DNA of 64,000 nucleotides, taken from NCBI GenBank assembly GCA_965637545.1, contig OZ281500.1:8990001-9054000 (forward strand), in the 5' to 3' direction. Origin of the DNA: Phallusia mammillata. Taxonomy: Eukaryota. How positions within the stretch are numbered: the stretch's first letter is position 1; each line of letters starts with the position of its first letter. Under the pieces are notes generated by a model, which worked only from the letters and a program-made list of their open reading frames with translations, was not told where the DNA came from and did not search any database. Both the position numbers and the translations under genes were made by a program. Positions 42,701 through 55,633 of the stretch are shown here, piece after piece.

Positions 42701-45616
42701 CATCCCTAATAGTTATTTTTACACAAATATTTTTTTCACGGGGTTCGAACCAAGGACGCTCCCGGGCCGGGGACGAATTCCGATCAAGGATTTTTTATGT
42801 ATGTTTTTATTTTTTACACCAAAAGCATTTTAAATATTCGCGAATGCTTTTTGCGCCATCCAACAGTACTTAGCAAATTTGTCTGGTGTGAGCGCTGGTG
42901 CTGGTAGATTTTCACCAAAAAAATTAAGCTTCTGCCTGTTTCGGCTTCAATGTGGTCGTTAAGCTTCAAAATAAGTTGCATTTATCGAAGTTTACGTTCC
43001 TAATCTTTATGTAATTTTTATTTTGTAACTCAGGAGACTTTGCATCTTGAAAACTGCACCGGAGACGAGCGACACCCAATGGCGTGTTTTGAAAACCTAT
43101 CCAACAATTGCACCCAAATCCTTTACGTCAATTGCACGAGTATTCAGTTTGTGCTTGTTCTGTAACTATTTGCATGGGCTAATTCCGCCAATTATTTGTC
43201 AGATCGACAGACGTGCGACAGTTTAGAGGAAAAAATACCTGGATATTACCGCATCTACCGTGAACCACTTCTTACGTCCTCTTTCGTTGTGTATTGCTCT
43301 TTCCTTTCTGGTCAAACAGGTTTGATTGTGACAAAAATTTCAAGAAGCTTTCCTTCTATGTTGATAAAATTAATAGAATTATACACAAGCTTATAATGTG
43401 CGTACAGAATCTGTTTTCATGTCCCCAGTTTACTATTTTTTGTGCAGCATGATAAACCTTAGGTAATAGGCTCTAAGCCGCCTGCACGACACTAATTTTC
43501 GCTCTTGTTTTATGTGTAATGTAGTGACAGTAATGGGGCACAGCACTACCACTGAAGTTCAACTTCTCGGTCAGTGCGATCCCAGACGTTGTTATCGCTA
43601 CGATATCGACTATAACAACACAATTCCTCAAATCGCATTGGAGATCGAAGCTTCCAGCTCATGCCGTCAGTTCGTAAAGGTAGGTCGCCTATCGAAGGTT
43701 GATTTAACGTAAACGTATGATAATGGGTAGAGCTACTGACACAGACAGCATCAGGTTTGCTAAATTCCGGTGGGTGGCGCACGCAACTATTTTAAATGTA
43801 ATTTTGTGAAACTTGGCTGAATGGTTCGGCGCGCCTGACCCTTATACAGGCATAAAAAACCTTGATCGGGATTCGTCCCCGGGAGTGTCCTGGGTTCGAA
43901 CCCCGTCAAAAAAATGCTGACGGTTAGGGCTATTAGGGTTAGCCCAAGGTTTCATAATAAAAGAACAATGCAACCTAAAAACATAATTTTTAGTGTTAAA
44001 TTTAGTCTCTAACCCTATCCCAGCGTTATCGTCAGTTGAAATAAGTGCGCTCTTTACGTCATCTATCGGTATTTACCAAACCTTTGTATTTACATCTATC
44101 GGTATTTACCAAACATGTGCTGTGAGTTCTTGTGTTAGTAGATTTACCGTGATTATGGCACAAATGGGCCTGCTGTTTCAAAAAATGTCATAGTATAAGG
44201 CAGTGTTTTCCAACCTTTTAAGTTACTGCACACTAAACAGATTACTTTCTGTCAGTTGAACTTTTTTGGTGTAAAACCTGCGTAATTTCTCCCTATTAAT
44301 GCTGTATCAAACATAGCAATGTCTCGCTTGGGCCAACTTTGTCACGAATATTGGATGAGTAAAAATATCACAGATAACCGGTACCATATATTCTCTATTG
44401 TATAGGTTCGATGTTCAGGTATGGCATTGTATGATGGAGCCTGGCTTGCGCGAGATGGAAGTTTAATGAAATCATGGGGAACTACTACACCTAATTCATG
44501 TACATGTGGAGATACTGGTAGGCAAATTTTCCGGTCAAACTAAGCTCCTTTTTGCTAGAATTAATCAATTTAGTTCACCTTTTTTATTAAACAAATATAA
44601 CTTTGTTAAGTTAGCAAATAAGCTACTACACATTAAAACTTACCATCACAGTGTAAAGGGGGCAGCTCAAGTCAACCAAATTCGTTGATTTTGCTGGCTT
44701 TAGCAGCCAAAAAAGAACAGTATTCAGTTCAGATCCACTTCAATTCCTTGCCTTGGTGTTTTGTTACATTTACATTACATCATTTAGAAAAAAACAGGCT
44801 GATAAACTGGTTACAATTACAACATTGGCATCACTCAATGGAACAAAAACTAGCTATCAATTGTGACGTCACAAATCATTGTAACGTTTGCCCGCGGAAT
44901 TCACACTGGTTAGTAAAAACAACGAAAGATTAACACAGAAAACACATACAAAGTTAAGTAAAAAAAAACTTTAACCAAAAAGTTACTCTTTTCCCTAAAA
45001 CAGCAAGATATCGACCAGGTTGCTAATATAATACTGGTTAAAAAATTGGCAAAAAAACATTTTTTTTTCGGGCTACTACTCACGCGATTTATCGATAGGT
45101 GACGTTTACAAAGCATTTTGTGTGTGAAATGCTGACGGTTAAGGCTATTTAAGTTAGGCTTCATAACAAAAATAACATTACAAAACTAACTAGAAAACTA
45201 AGTTCCTAACCTTTATTTTTTTACTTTTTGATTTGAGTTCTCACATTATTAACTCTACCGGATTTTTCGGCAAACCACGTCAAATCTTGAGGTAACAAGT
45301 CTACGTAAAATCAAGTTTGAACGAATTTGGGTTTTGAGTTAGGTATTTGAAAAAAGCCACTCGAGTTTCTAAAACACTGCGCAATTTTTTTGTTTTTTTA
45401 AATTTGTGGTATTGCAATGACATCTTTACAGGTACCTGTTATAACCCGTTACTAACCTGCAACTGCTATGCCAACAGCGGTCATCTCACCCTTGAGGATT
45501 CAGGTTATTTGACAGAAAAAAGTAAATTACCTTTCAAAGCCGGTTTGTTTGGAGATCTGGAAAGCAGCAACGAAAACGGTTGGCTTACTCTGGGGCCACT
45601 TGAGTGTTTTGCTTAA
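39714..45616 (+). CDS. Secreted mosaic protein: signal peptide, PAN/apple-like, small Cys module, 2x TSP1, SRCR-like, CASPR/neurexin-IV-type fibrinogen-like domain
   Basis: Phase-compatible exons 39714-39934, 40120-40303, 40518-40641, 40766-40930, 41494-41655, 41954-42045, 42113-42223, 43034-43139, 43203-43319, 43525-43679, 44406-44517, 45432-45616. Motifs CALFC..RCKSYNY..CEL, WSAWSYWGVCSATCGGG.QSRTR, WSQWGPWSDC, CTGDE..PMAC, CNCYAN..EDSGYLT.K.KLP..FGD..TLGPLEC. Confidence 0.82.
41073..41252. mobile_element. hAT-type MITE (180 bp) in an intron
   Basis: TIR cagtggagggatt / aatcccaccactg. Exact TSD gttactcg. Internal ccggttc repeats. Confidence 0.9.
42309..42507. mobile_element. Foldback/MITE with ~40-bp inverted arms
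   Basis: cagtatagtattggactgtttcataaaaacagataaaagca versus tgctttatctgttttttatgaaacagtccaatactatacta. Confidence 0.75.
42612..42803 (-). mobile_element. tRNA-derived SINE-like element, 5'-truncated long form
   Basis: B-box half homologous to the 38373 and 43806 copies, plus a ~110-bp tail homologous to 43915-44025. Confidence 0.65.
43806..44025 (+). mobile_element. tRNA-derived SINE-like element, long form
   Basis: A box tggctgaatgg (43814-43824), B box ggttcgaaccc (43893-43903), A7 linker, then a tail (ctattaggg..aggtttcataataa..gcaacctaaaaac..taaatttagt..ctaaccc). Confidence 0.72.
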
Positions 45617-46608
45617 ATGTCACTTTTATACTTTCAAATATTTTTTTCGGTGTTTTATTTTCTGTGATATTAATGTGTGTGAACACTTGTGTGAATTTTA
45701 TCAAATTAATTTTTGCGACTTATCAAATAAATTTTTGCAAAGTTTATAATACACCGAAACTAAATGGCATATACTTGTCATCAATACCCGTCTCTAGTTT
45801 TGTTGAACCGCGTATACGCATTGCATTTAAGCCTTATTTTTTAATCGCCATTGTTCGATTTCGCACCGTCAAATAAATAAACAAATTTCATCATGAATCT
45901 CTGAAGAACTCTTTGCTATTTGAACTACTACAAGTCTTGGTGATTGCGGTGTATTACGCCAATACCCTGAGGCGATTGTTGTGAACATTTCAGGGTATGA
46001 CTGCAAAACATGTGAGTTGGGTCGTTGGACGAGGCTTATGTAAGTCAAAACAATCAAATCAAGCAAAATCTATACATAGTTATTAACGTTGTCGTTTGAC
46101 GTTTTGCAAAGTTCAACGAGTTTTAAGCACAGAAAAAAACATATTGCTGTCTTCAGTTTAGGATGCGAGTCGAGCCATATTTGTTGTCTTTTCATTAGAT
46201 ATGGTAACATAGATATATGTGACTTAAATGATAAGTCAGAACTGTCATAGTAATAGAAGACAATTTTTCGGCATAAAGATCATATTAGCAGGGATGTTTG
46301 TTGGTGGTTATGCAAGAATAATTTCGCCGACTAAAATGCTACTAGACCCAATTTGAGACTCTAACTTAGGGACAATATTTTAGTACCTTTGCTGAATTGA
46401 ACATTTTTTTAAAGCTCTATAAATCATTATTAGTTTCGACCAATAAACTGAAACTTTCAGACAGCACAAAAACCTTTTTTTCCACGTCGGTAACCACATA
46501 ACTGTTCTAAGTCGTCTAGTGCCTTTGGCTTTAAAGGCTTCAAGCTTTGTGGATGGTCTGCGGTTAGTTTGACTAAAATTCCTTTCTTATCTACTAGGCC
46601 TCTTTACC

Positions 46609-49154
46609 ATGCATGATATACAACAAAAAGTCAAGCAATACAGTAGAACGCTGCATTGTATCAGTAATGGATTTGTATGTCTTAAACTGATCTTGGCATT
46701 GGCGCTTGTTTGGTCAATAGGTATGATTGTCAGCCACAGGAAAGAAATGAGAACAAGAAAGCATTGGAAAACAATCACACCGGCTAAAAACTCGTACATT
46801 AAAGCCCCGAAACAGTTTCGGGGCTTGAATCAATCTTATGGCAGTTTATATCCAACTTCAAAACAGAACGACACTCTTTTAAAAGTTTTTGCAAACAGAA
46901 CATTCGATGATGGAACAAAGACAGGACTCAGCAAAAAAACAATGATGCAAAAGCAAAGGCCGGAAACAGTACCAATTGAAAATTTACGTGACTTCCTGTC
47001 AAGCGAGCAACAGGATTGCTTGCTTTGGGACAAGCAGCCAAACCTATGGGATATCGACTTGGAACCTCAAATTAAGTTGGATTCAACAAAGTTTTTATAT
47101 CCGGGTTTAATTTGGGGCCCCAACAACCAAATAGTGGGGCTTTGGCAATCTATCTACTTGGCATTGCGACTAAATAGGTATGATTTAAGTTACACTCATA
47201 GTCTACCCTGATAATTTAGTACCGATATAAACAATGATTTCAAAACAGGATACAGCGTTCCAGTATTTTGTTAGTACAAACAGCGCATAAACAGAAACTA
47301 AACCGTTTCCGCAAATGGTTGGTAAAAGGTGACGATACATAACTTGGACAGTTAAAAACGCACTTGTTTTATTCGTTGTAGTGGTATATGTTCTGATAAA
47401 CCAAGCTGCAGCCTTAGGGCTTATTCGTGCAAAGTTTGTAAATACGATGTCGGAGCCGCGAAAACACGACCTATTTTGTGTTTTAGAACGTTGGTTGTTC
47501 CGTATTTTCATGCACACTACACTATTGGGGGTGGGACGATCCTTCCTAGTCAACGAATAGATGTTGAAAGACTTCGTCACTTTGTATCTGCAATTTCTCT
47601 CGAATCTTTCCGACACATTTGCAATTCTTCGTTTGACGTTGTGTTACAGGTTTGTTATAATTGTTTTAAAGCAGTGGTTCTTAACCTTTTTTGCCTTAGT
47701 GGATCCTTTTCGATACTATTATTTAATTGCGGACCCCTTTAAGTTTTAGGTATTTTTGTCCTTTTTTCATTAACAAGCAACCAACACATGGTGCATAATA
47801 TAGCAACTACGTTCGGTCCAGGACCAAAAGTTTAATTCCTTTGTTTGGGTTGCGACGTCGGGAATCAGCAAGAAAGACACATTGCATTGTGATGTGACGT
47901 TATTTTCCACCAACAATTTACGTCTACTGTTGTATCACAATGGAGTTTAATTGTTACATTGCATTTTGGTTTGTCACTTACGAAAAATGACTTTAAACAA
48001 GTTTCATTGGTCTGCGAACCCTCGGTTGAGAATCACTGCCTTGAAGTGTGAATTTTAACTTGAAAAAACGCACAGTCTTTTGGGGAAGATCGCTGGTTAT
48101 CTTCACATCATATTAGTAACAAATACTTTGATATTATGACAAAATTGTACTTCTACAGGCACAAACAACCCACTCTAGCACATTAAAGGATTTCGAAAAA
48201 GACACTAAGATGAACATTTTGCATATTGACGAAGCAAGAGATTTGAACGAGAAAGGATCGTCTCAGCTTCGAATAACCGACAAGGAACAAATACCCTCCA
48301 TAAACATTCCTGCATATCCACCAAATACATATCAACTAACTTACGAACCGTGGTTAGCAAGTGAACGCGAAGTACTCAGAAAGGCCTACAATACATCGGC
48401 TAAGTGTGGTCTGTACTCGGCACCGTTTAATACCATCGCTATCAATGCTCCAAAGGGCATAGCGAGGGCACTCAGCAGCAGTCAACTCATATCTTTCAAC
48501 GCAACAGACAGGGAAATTTATTCTGCTGTGGTTGATAGCGTCCGACGGCCTCCAGCTGTTGTGAAAACTGTTGAGCGATACAAAGCTGCTGTTTTTCGAA
48601 ACGAACCCTATGTAGCCGTGCATTGGAGGTACGACTTTAAAGATTGGGGTGGTGCGCGTTGCCGTCCTGATCATCCAAACAAGTACTCCAAAATGTGCGA
48701 GGAATTGAGAAAAATCACACCTGAAGATGTGGCAAATGGAATTTTCACTTCGCTTAACAAAGCAAAAGTTAATCAATCAGCATGGAAACATGTCTACATT
48801 GCGTCACCTCCAATACTAAGAAACTTTGCTAATAAAGTGGTGGAGGTTTTGCAAAAACTTAATAGTTATGTGGAAAATCCAGGAATACCTCTCGATACAT
48901 TTTTAATGGAGCGCTATCAACCTTGCTGGAAGCGAGGAGAGTGGTCAAACGAACAAGAAATCTTTTTACTCGCTGAAATGGAAGTTTTAGCACAAAGCGA
49001 GTGGTTTTTCTTTGCGCCTGGTTCAACATTTTCAAGCAATGTTCAACCACTGCGCTGGGAGAAAAAGCCAAACAAAGATTATCAAAAGAAGTTCGAAAAG
49101 TCTGTTTACGAAATTGCCAAAAATGCTATGATGAAACGAACTGGTCTTAGATAG
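46609..49154 (+). CDS. GDP-fucose protein O-fucosyltransferase-like (O-FucT/GT68-like) type II membrane protein, paralog 1
   Basis: Exons 46609-47177, 47487-47649, 48159-49154. N-terminal TM and stem, FLYPGLIWGPNNQ, YVAVHWRY, VYIASPP, EMEVLAQSEWFFFAPGSTFSSNV. The family call rests on these motifs. Confidence 0.8.
47672..48038. mobile_element. Older hAT-type MITE in intron 2 of fucosyltransferase-like 1
   Basis: TIR cagtggttcttaacc / ggttgagaatcactg. TSD decayed (ttttaaag / ccttgaag). Confidence 0.65.
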
Positions 49155-51099
49155 TGCTGTACTGTCAACTTAAAACATCTACTGTGGTTTTTAGTTTGTT
49201 TGCAAATGTTATCAACAAATAACTCAACCTTGTTGACATGTATTAGTTTACAAACAGCAGTCTTCTAAATTTTTAAATGCTTTTTTTAACGCGGTTCTGG
49301 ACAAGGTTTGGTCCCTAAGTTTTAGCTCTTTCATGATTTTTTGCTATGGTATATTATCATAGCTATAACTTGTTTGTTTTTAGTCGCGGCAGTCCGCCCT
49401 CATTGCAGAGACAAGAGGCTTGCAGACAATAACAAAGATGCCAGATCCCGGGATAATGACATAGCAATAGGTCAAAAAATGTGATTTTATTTCGTAAAGA
49501 AATGCTTGGGACAGTTCAAAATTTTGTTAGGGCAGATGTTTCAGAAGCAGGTCGGTTGGTTAAATATCCACCAAATCAATGAAATAGGCGTTCAATAAAA
49601 ACATAGAGTTTAAACATTTTTTAAACGTCTTACTTCAAATATTTTAACGTGTTAAATGTTTCATACACTATAATAGTCCAACGTTTAATTTTTACAATTT
49701 TTTATTCTTTTTGTGAACTTTTTCTTAGTTTTCAATGAAACTCTTAACCCCAAAAAGCAGCCACAATTTTTATAATCTGTTTTTTTTGTGTGTGTGTTTA
49801 AGCAAAGAACTTTATATTAATAAGAAGTTTTTTTCAGAGTACTAAATGTAAACAGTTTTTACCCAATTACCTCACAAATACAAAGGATAGATTTCTAATA
49901 GACAAAGGTCTGCGCTCCACAACCAAGCAGCAAATAGGCAGGGCAAACATGTGCACGTGTTATCGTAATCTGTAGAAAAAGGAAGTGACAGCCATGCATA
50001 TGGAGGAGTCAAAACAAACGAGGTGGTTTGTATATGTATAGAACGAGACGGAAGGAACATCACTGACAATCGATATAAGCAGTACCAGCACCTAAACTGA
50101 CACTGTTTACATTGTTAAAGATATTTTTAAAATATTTTACCAATTTTGACCCAACGGATTACAAGCATAAATCCAAACGTGGTTATCCAAAACACGAGAA
50201 GACATGGGTCCTCTTACTGACTGTTTCAAGTTTCACCCTTCTGTTTGGTTCAGTGATTTTACGTAACCTTAAATATTGTTGTGTTCTACATGGTACACAA
50301 TACAATGTCGGTAGACTTTATATGGAAATGTACGTTATTGATGGAAATTGAAAATGGCGTGGAAAAGAATTAGTGCGATCTATATGTCAAATTCGAAAAG
50401 CAGGTGCTGTAAAATATACAACAGCAAATTCACCTTGCTTTTCTATGTCAATCAATTCTTCAACGAATAGCAAATATTTTTAACGACCTGTCAACTAAAC
50501 ACTTGCGCATTACACCATGTCGACGAACTACTGCGTAGCTTGCCAAAGAAAACCAATGTTGATGAAGTCGTAAAGACTGACAAACGGATTGTTGACACTG
50601 GCTAAGTAATGCCCGCTGGCTAAGTAAAGCGCACATAGCACCAAGTTGTTCCCACAGCCGTCTACTCAAACTGTACATGTTATTACAAGCTGTCTGTATT
50701 TGGACATTGCCCAGACGAAAACAGGGCACACGACGACAAGCCAATAAACCTAAGCCACATTCTAGTTTGCGTTTTGTTCAGAAACGAAAGATTCTAGGGG
50801 ACAAACATAAAACCCACGCTAGGCATGAAACTAGCCAGAATTTTGAAACCGCAAAATCAGAGTATTTATTGAAAAAAAAAAACATAACAGTAGGATTTTA
50901 CTTGGACAATATCATCCATCACGCATCAATAGCAGCCAAATCAGTTGATGCAAAAGGTAATGTTAACAAAACAAAAAAGTCGTTACCAACACAGTGTTGG
51001 CAAGGTGCAAATGTTTACTTCAATACCAAAGGCCTACAGGATACAAGCTGTAGTCGGGAAACCCTCACTTAAACTATATTGTGCGCAAACTGTCAAATG

Positions 51100-53541
51100 C
51101 TATGAGCCCTGTGACACCAATTCCAGGTTTGTTCGTTTTATCATTGCTTCTTTGGCAACTTCGTAAACGGATTTTTCAAATTTTTTGATAACGTTACGAT
51201 TCTGATTTTTCTGCCATCGCATTGGGCGTACGTTACTGGAAAAAGTAGATCCAGCGGCAAAAAAGAACCATTCGCTTTGTGCTAAAACTTCCATTTCAGC
51301 AAGCGAAAATATTTCTTGTTCGTTTGACCACTCTCCTCGCTTCCAGCAAGGTTGATAGCGCTGCGTTAAAAATGTATCCAGAGGTATTCCTGGATTTTCC
51401 ATATTGCTGTTGAGCTTTTGCAAAACCTTCACCACTTGATCAGCAAAGTCTCTTAATACTGGAGGTGACGCAATGTAGACATGTTTCCATGCTGATTGAT
51501 TAACTTTTGCCTTGTTAAGCGAAGTGAAAATTCCATTTGCCACATCTTCAGGTGTGATTTTTCTCAATTCGTCGCACATTTTGGAATACTTGTTTGGATG
51601 GTCAGGACGGCAACGCGAACCACCCCAATCTTTAAAGTCGTACCTCCAATGCACGGCGACATAGGTTTCGTTCCCTAAAACTTCCTTCCTATATCGCTCA
51701 ACAGCATTTACAATAGCTAGGGGCCGCCTCACACTATTAACAACTGCTGAATAAAGTTCCCCATTCGATAAACGTAAAGGATCAAGTTTGTTGCCTTGCA
51801 AAGGAAGTGCAACTCCACCTGTGATTTGGACCTTGATTGTACTAAACGGTGCAGCGAACAAAGCACATCTTGCTGATGTGTTAAATGCGGTTTTTAGGGC
51901 ATCGGTTTCGCCTGTTATCCATGGTGCATACGTCAGTTGGTAGTTTGCCGGTGGAAATGCTGGAATATTAGGAATTTTGACGTTATCTTCGTCGGTTAAG
52001 CGCAGCTGGGTTGAACCGATCTCCTTAACAATTCTTTTATCGTCGATGTACATAGTTTCCATTCCCGTGTCATGCTTAAAGCGTTCAAAGGTGGCTGAAC
52101 GTAATATTTGGGCCTAAAAACAAGCAACGATTACGAATAACCACAACGTGATAGAGAGAGGCTCGGTTTTGTTCAACACCGTACACTTTGGATGTTCATA
52201 TCAGCACGGTCGGATTGTAGCTTTCGGATTTTAAACAACTGAAAATATAGTTGCCCATTTTGCTGAGTAAATAAATGCACAAATTGTACAAGAGACTCTG
52301 TTGTGTAGGTCTACATCTTTTAAGACCAGCCAGTTTAACATCAGACAGTTGGTTTTAATGGAATTCGCAAATGCTTTCAATATTTGCTTAGAGTGAGCGA
52401 CACTATGTGAGACCGTTACTACCCGTAAGCATTGTCGGGATTAATAATTAACCGTGGCATATGTGCTGGCCAAACAGACCTCAAAGAATGTGTTTTGTGA
52501 ACAAAAACTTCGGTCAAATGCTTAAAGTTTTTTTTTTATGACTAGAAGGATTAACAAACCACGCACACATAACCTACCTGTAACACAACGTCAAAAGAAA
52601 AGTTGCATGTCTTGGAAAAGGATTCAACTGGTATTGAAGAAACTAGGCGACGGATTCGTTGAACTTCTATTCTTTGGGAAGCTGGAATTATTCCTCCGCC
52701 AGTAGTGCCGTGTCCGTTGAAGCGAGGTATTACCAAAGTCCTATTTAACAAAGGGCGAATAAGTTACTGCTGACTTGAAGCAAACCAAGCGTGCATGTAC
52801 TGGAGGTTGTTGGAAACAGCACTTCATTCGGCCATACAAATGTATAAAACATAAAGCACAGTCTGAACTTGTTTCATATTTTTTTCTCACAATTATTATT
52901 ATTTTTTTTTTATCATACCTGTTTAGTCGTATAGCTAAATAAACAGATTGCCAAAAGCCAACGATTTGATTGTTTGGTCCCCAGATTAATCCAGGATACA
53001 AAAACTTGTTTGGATCCAGTTTTATTTGTGGCTGAACGTCGTCTTGCCAATTTGTTTGTGTATCTACCCATAGCAAACAGTCGTTATCTTCAATGAAGCT
53101 GGGTATTGTTGACGCAGCTATGTTTTTTTCAGTCTGTAACGTCACTGAATGGACACTGTTATTATTATCTGACGTTGAATTGTCCTGGGAAATTGTGGGA
53201 AAAGCAACGGTAGCTGAAAGAAGCTGTGGCAAACTGCTGTTTTTGGCCTTCTCGTCAGTATGATTGTTCTGTGGCATTGTTGTATATCCATAAATTGCTT
53301 TGACAACATCATTGTCTGTTGGCTTGGTAACTTGATCAAAAACTCTTGAATGTATAATACCAACTAATTTTCGTTGTTTCCAATTTGGCGACAACGTGAC
53401 AAAATCGTCCGAGTAGTAAAGAACCATGACAATAAGACCAAGAACTGACAGCAGCAACACTGCCCAAAAAAGCTTGATAACAATATAATTAGAAAATCCC
53501 GGAATGGCATAGGCTCTGGGACGAATGTAGCAATTTGCCAT
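51100..53541 (-). CDS. O-fucosyltransferase-like paralog 2
   Basis: Exons (minus) 53541-52919, 52740-52578, 52113-51100. Same intron positions and motifs as paralog 1; exon 2 is 163 nt in all three paralogs. Confidence 0.8.
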
Positions 53542-54488
53542 TTTTAACTATTTCAATCACAGTTTATTCAGTTTAATTTGACATGTTGTTTCCACTTATC
53601 GATTGCTACAGCACATGCAGAAAGCAATCGTACAAATTCCTTCCATCTTCTAGTCGGTTGCCTTACCAATTCTTTCAGTCTTTGACGCTAACGATTTTGC
53701 TACATAAGTCAAATATTCAAATAAATCACACCTTTGATTTTGCTACATAAGTCAAATAACCAATTGCACCGAAACAACAATTTTTGAAAATCTGTTCATA
53801 AACCCCATAAAACCAAATAACACTGCGTCGTACCATTCGTGTTAACCGACCTCTTTTCCTCACTTCCGCACGACTGGTCACGCCTGATAGACGAGGATAA
53901 CAGTGTTTCCCCACTTCTCAGATACTAGGACATAAAAGTTGTGCACTGTGCAAATGTATATTTCTTTTGACAATAAAGCAACAACAAAAACATTTTGTCT
54001 GGTAACTGATTGCAAAGAGATTTGGCGACTTCAGACAACGTTAGAGAGTTGTGGGTGTTTAAAAGGTTTAGTTAGTGTCAATATGAGTTTCATATTTGTT
54101 AAAAATAAATAACATTTATCTTTTTCCAAAATTTACTCACGAAATTTAATCTTTGCGTTAGTGGCCAGAAGTATTAAACCTTTCAAAATATTTTTTGAAA
54201 TACTGCTACGGTAAACAACATAAATTAAAATAAATTGCCTTTATCTTTTTTCCGTTGTCCACCTGCTGCGCTTTGTTCGTCGGAGCTTAAGTTTCACTAT
54301 ATCGATTACTTGTTTTGTAACGAAGCAAGCACTGCTGGCGTCAATTGGAAACCCCAAAAAGTCGGCTGTCCGGTGTTTGCCTTCGTCCTTCTCGGATCGT
54401 ATTTGAAAAAAAAACGGACATCTTAAACGTTGTAGTTGCCAAATTTGCCATTATTACTTTGTAGTTATTAGTTGACACGGGTTCATAT

Positions 54489-54693
54489 CAGTGCCGGATT
54501 AAGGGTCTGCTGGCCTGAAGGCACATTTTATAAGTGGCCCGAAAATCAGGGTTGCCAACTAAGAAATTAGAATTATCAGTGTTGCAAAATCATTGTCACA
54601 AAGATCTAAATTTCTTTTGATTTTAAAGTGGCCTGGATTTTTGACTGGCCTGTAGGCACGTGCCTACTATGCCTAATGGTTAATCCAGCACTG
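54489..54693. mobile_element. hAT-type MITE (205 bp)
   Basis: TIR cagtgccggatta / taatccagcactg. Exact TSD gttcatat. Confidence 0.9.
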
Positions 54694-55633
54694 GTTCATA
54701 TATTTAACACGCCCACGAAGCATATCGCTTTTGACTGTGCTTCCGACTTAAAATGTGTGGGTGTTTATTCTAAATATGCAACTTCATCCAAGTCCGCTGT
54801 CAAAGGTGAAGCTGCAGCGCGTCTACCATCTATATCTACCAACTGTGCTCCCAACTTTGTCGCCTATTCGAGTTCACTGTACGTGTAAAATGACTTGTTT
54901 GTTATTCGGGATTTCGACCAGCTGGGTAACTCTTGTGCTAAAAAATCAAATGTTCTTGGTTTTATCCTTTTTAACGTGGCCAGGTTTAAAAACGTAACAA
55001 CACTTTTTTAATAAAGTTAGTTGAACATATACGTTTTTTTGCTTCGCTCCGGTAGAATGTTGGCTAAAGGTTTAAAGCGACGAACTTGGTAGTAAGGTAA
55101 AACCACAATTCAATCAAAAAATGTCCAACCAAATTCTTTCAGTTTAATTACGATACAATTCGCAAATTGACCAGATAGAAACAAAATGACACTTTGTGAA
55201 CATTCAATATACCCTTTACCAAAATAAACACAACAAACAACAAAAAATACTGAAGTACTGCACGACTTAATGGGGGAAACGCTCTTTATCGCGACCTAGA
55301 GAGTGCTTTAAGGGATTGCAGCAAAGCTGGAAGCGGCCTGAAATTCGAACCCAACCCCTGCCCGAACCTAAATCGTTTTTGAGAAGCCTGTTATGGCCCG
55401 AAAGTTAGATTGAAAGACCCATAATAATAAGGCATACATAATGTTTAAGAACAGACAATGGCTTAAACACGATGTTTTAGGGCTGTGGGGCCAGTTAAGT
55501 CCGGCACCTATGTACATGACTAGGTAATTTATATTTGAAAAACCTAGGAACACAGAATTTGAAGTCAGGTTTGAATCAAGGCTATTTGTTAAAACAAATT
55601 ATGACTAATAACTCTGAATTGCAAGTAAATCGG

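Noticed and set aside
38373-43914. Functional tRNA genes
   Set aside because: A and B boxes are present, but the acceptor stems do not pair and the T-stem is imperfect; treated as SINE-like instead.
49872-51072. Several short ORFs between the convergent fucosyltransferase-like genes
   Set aside because: No consistent splice-compatible model and no recognisable domain.
53693-53758. 23-bp direct repeat gattttgctacataagtcaaata; similar 22-bp repeat at ~44078-44112
   Set aside because: Only two copies each; ordinary local slippage duplications.
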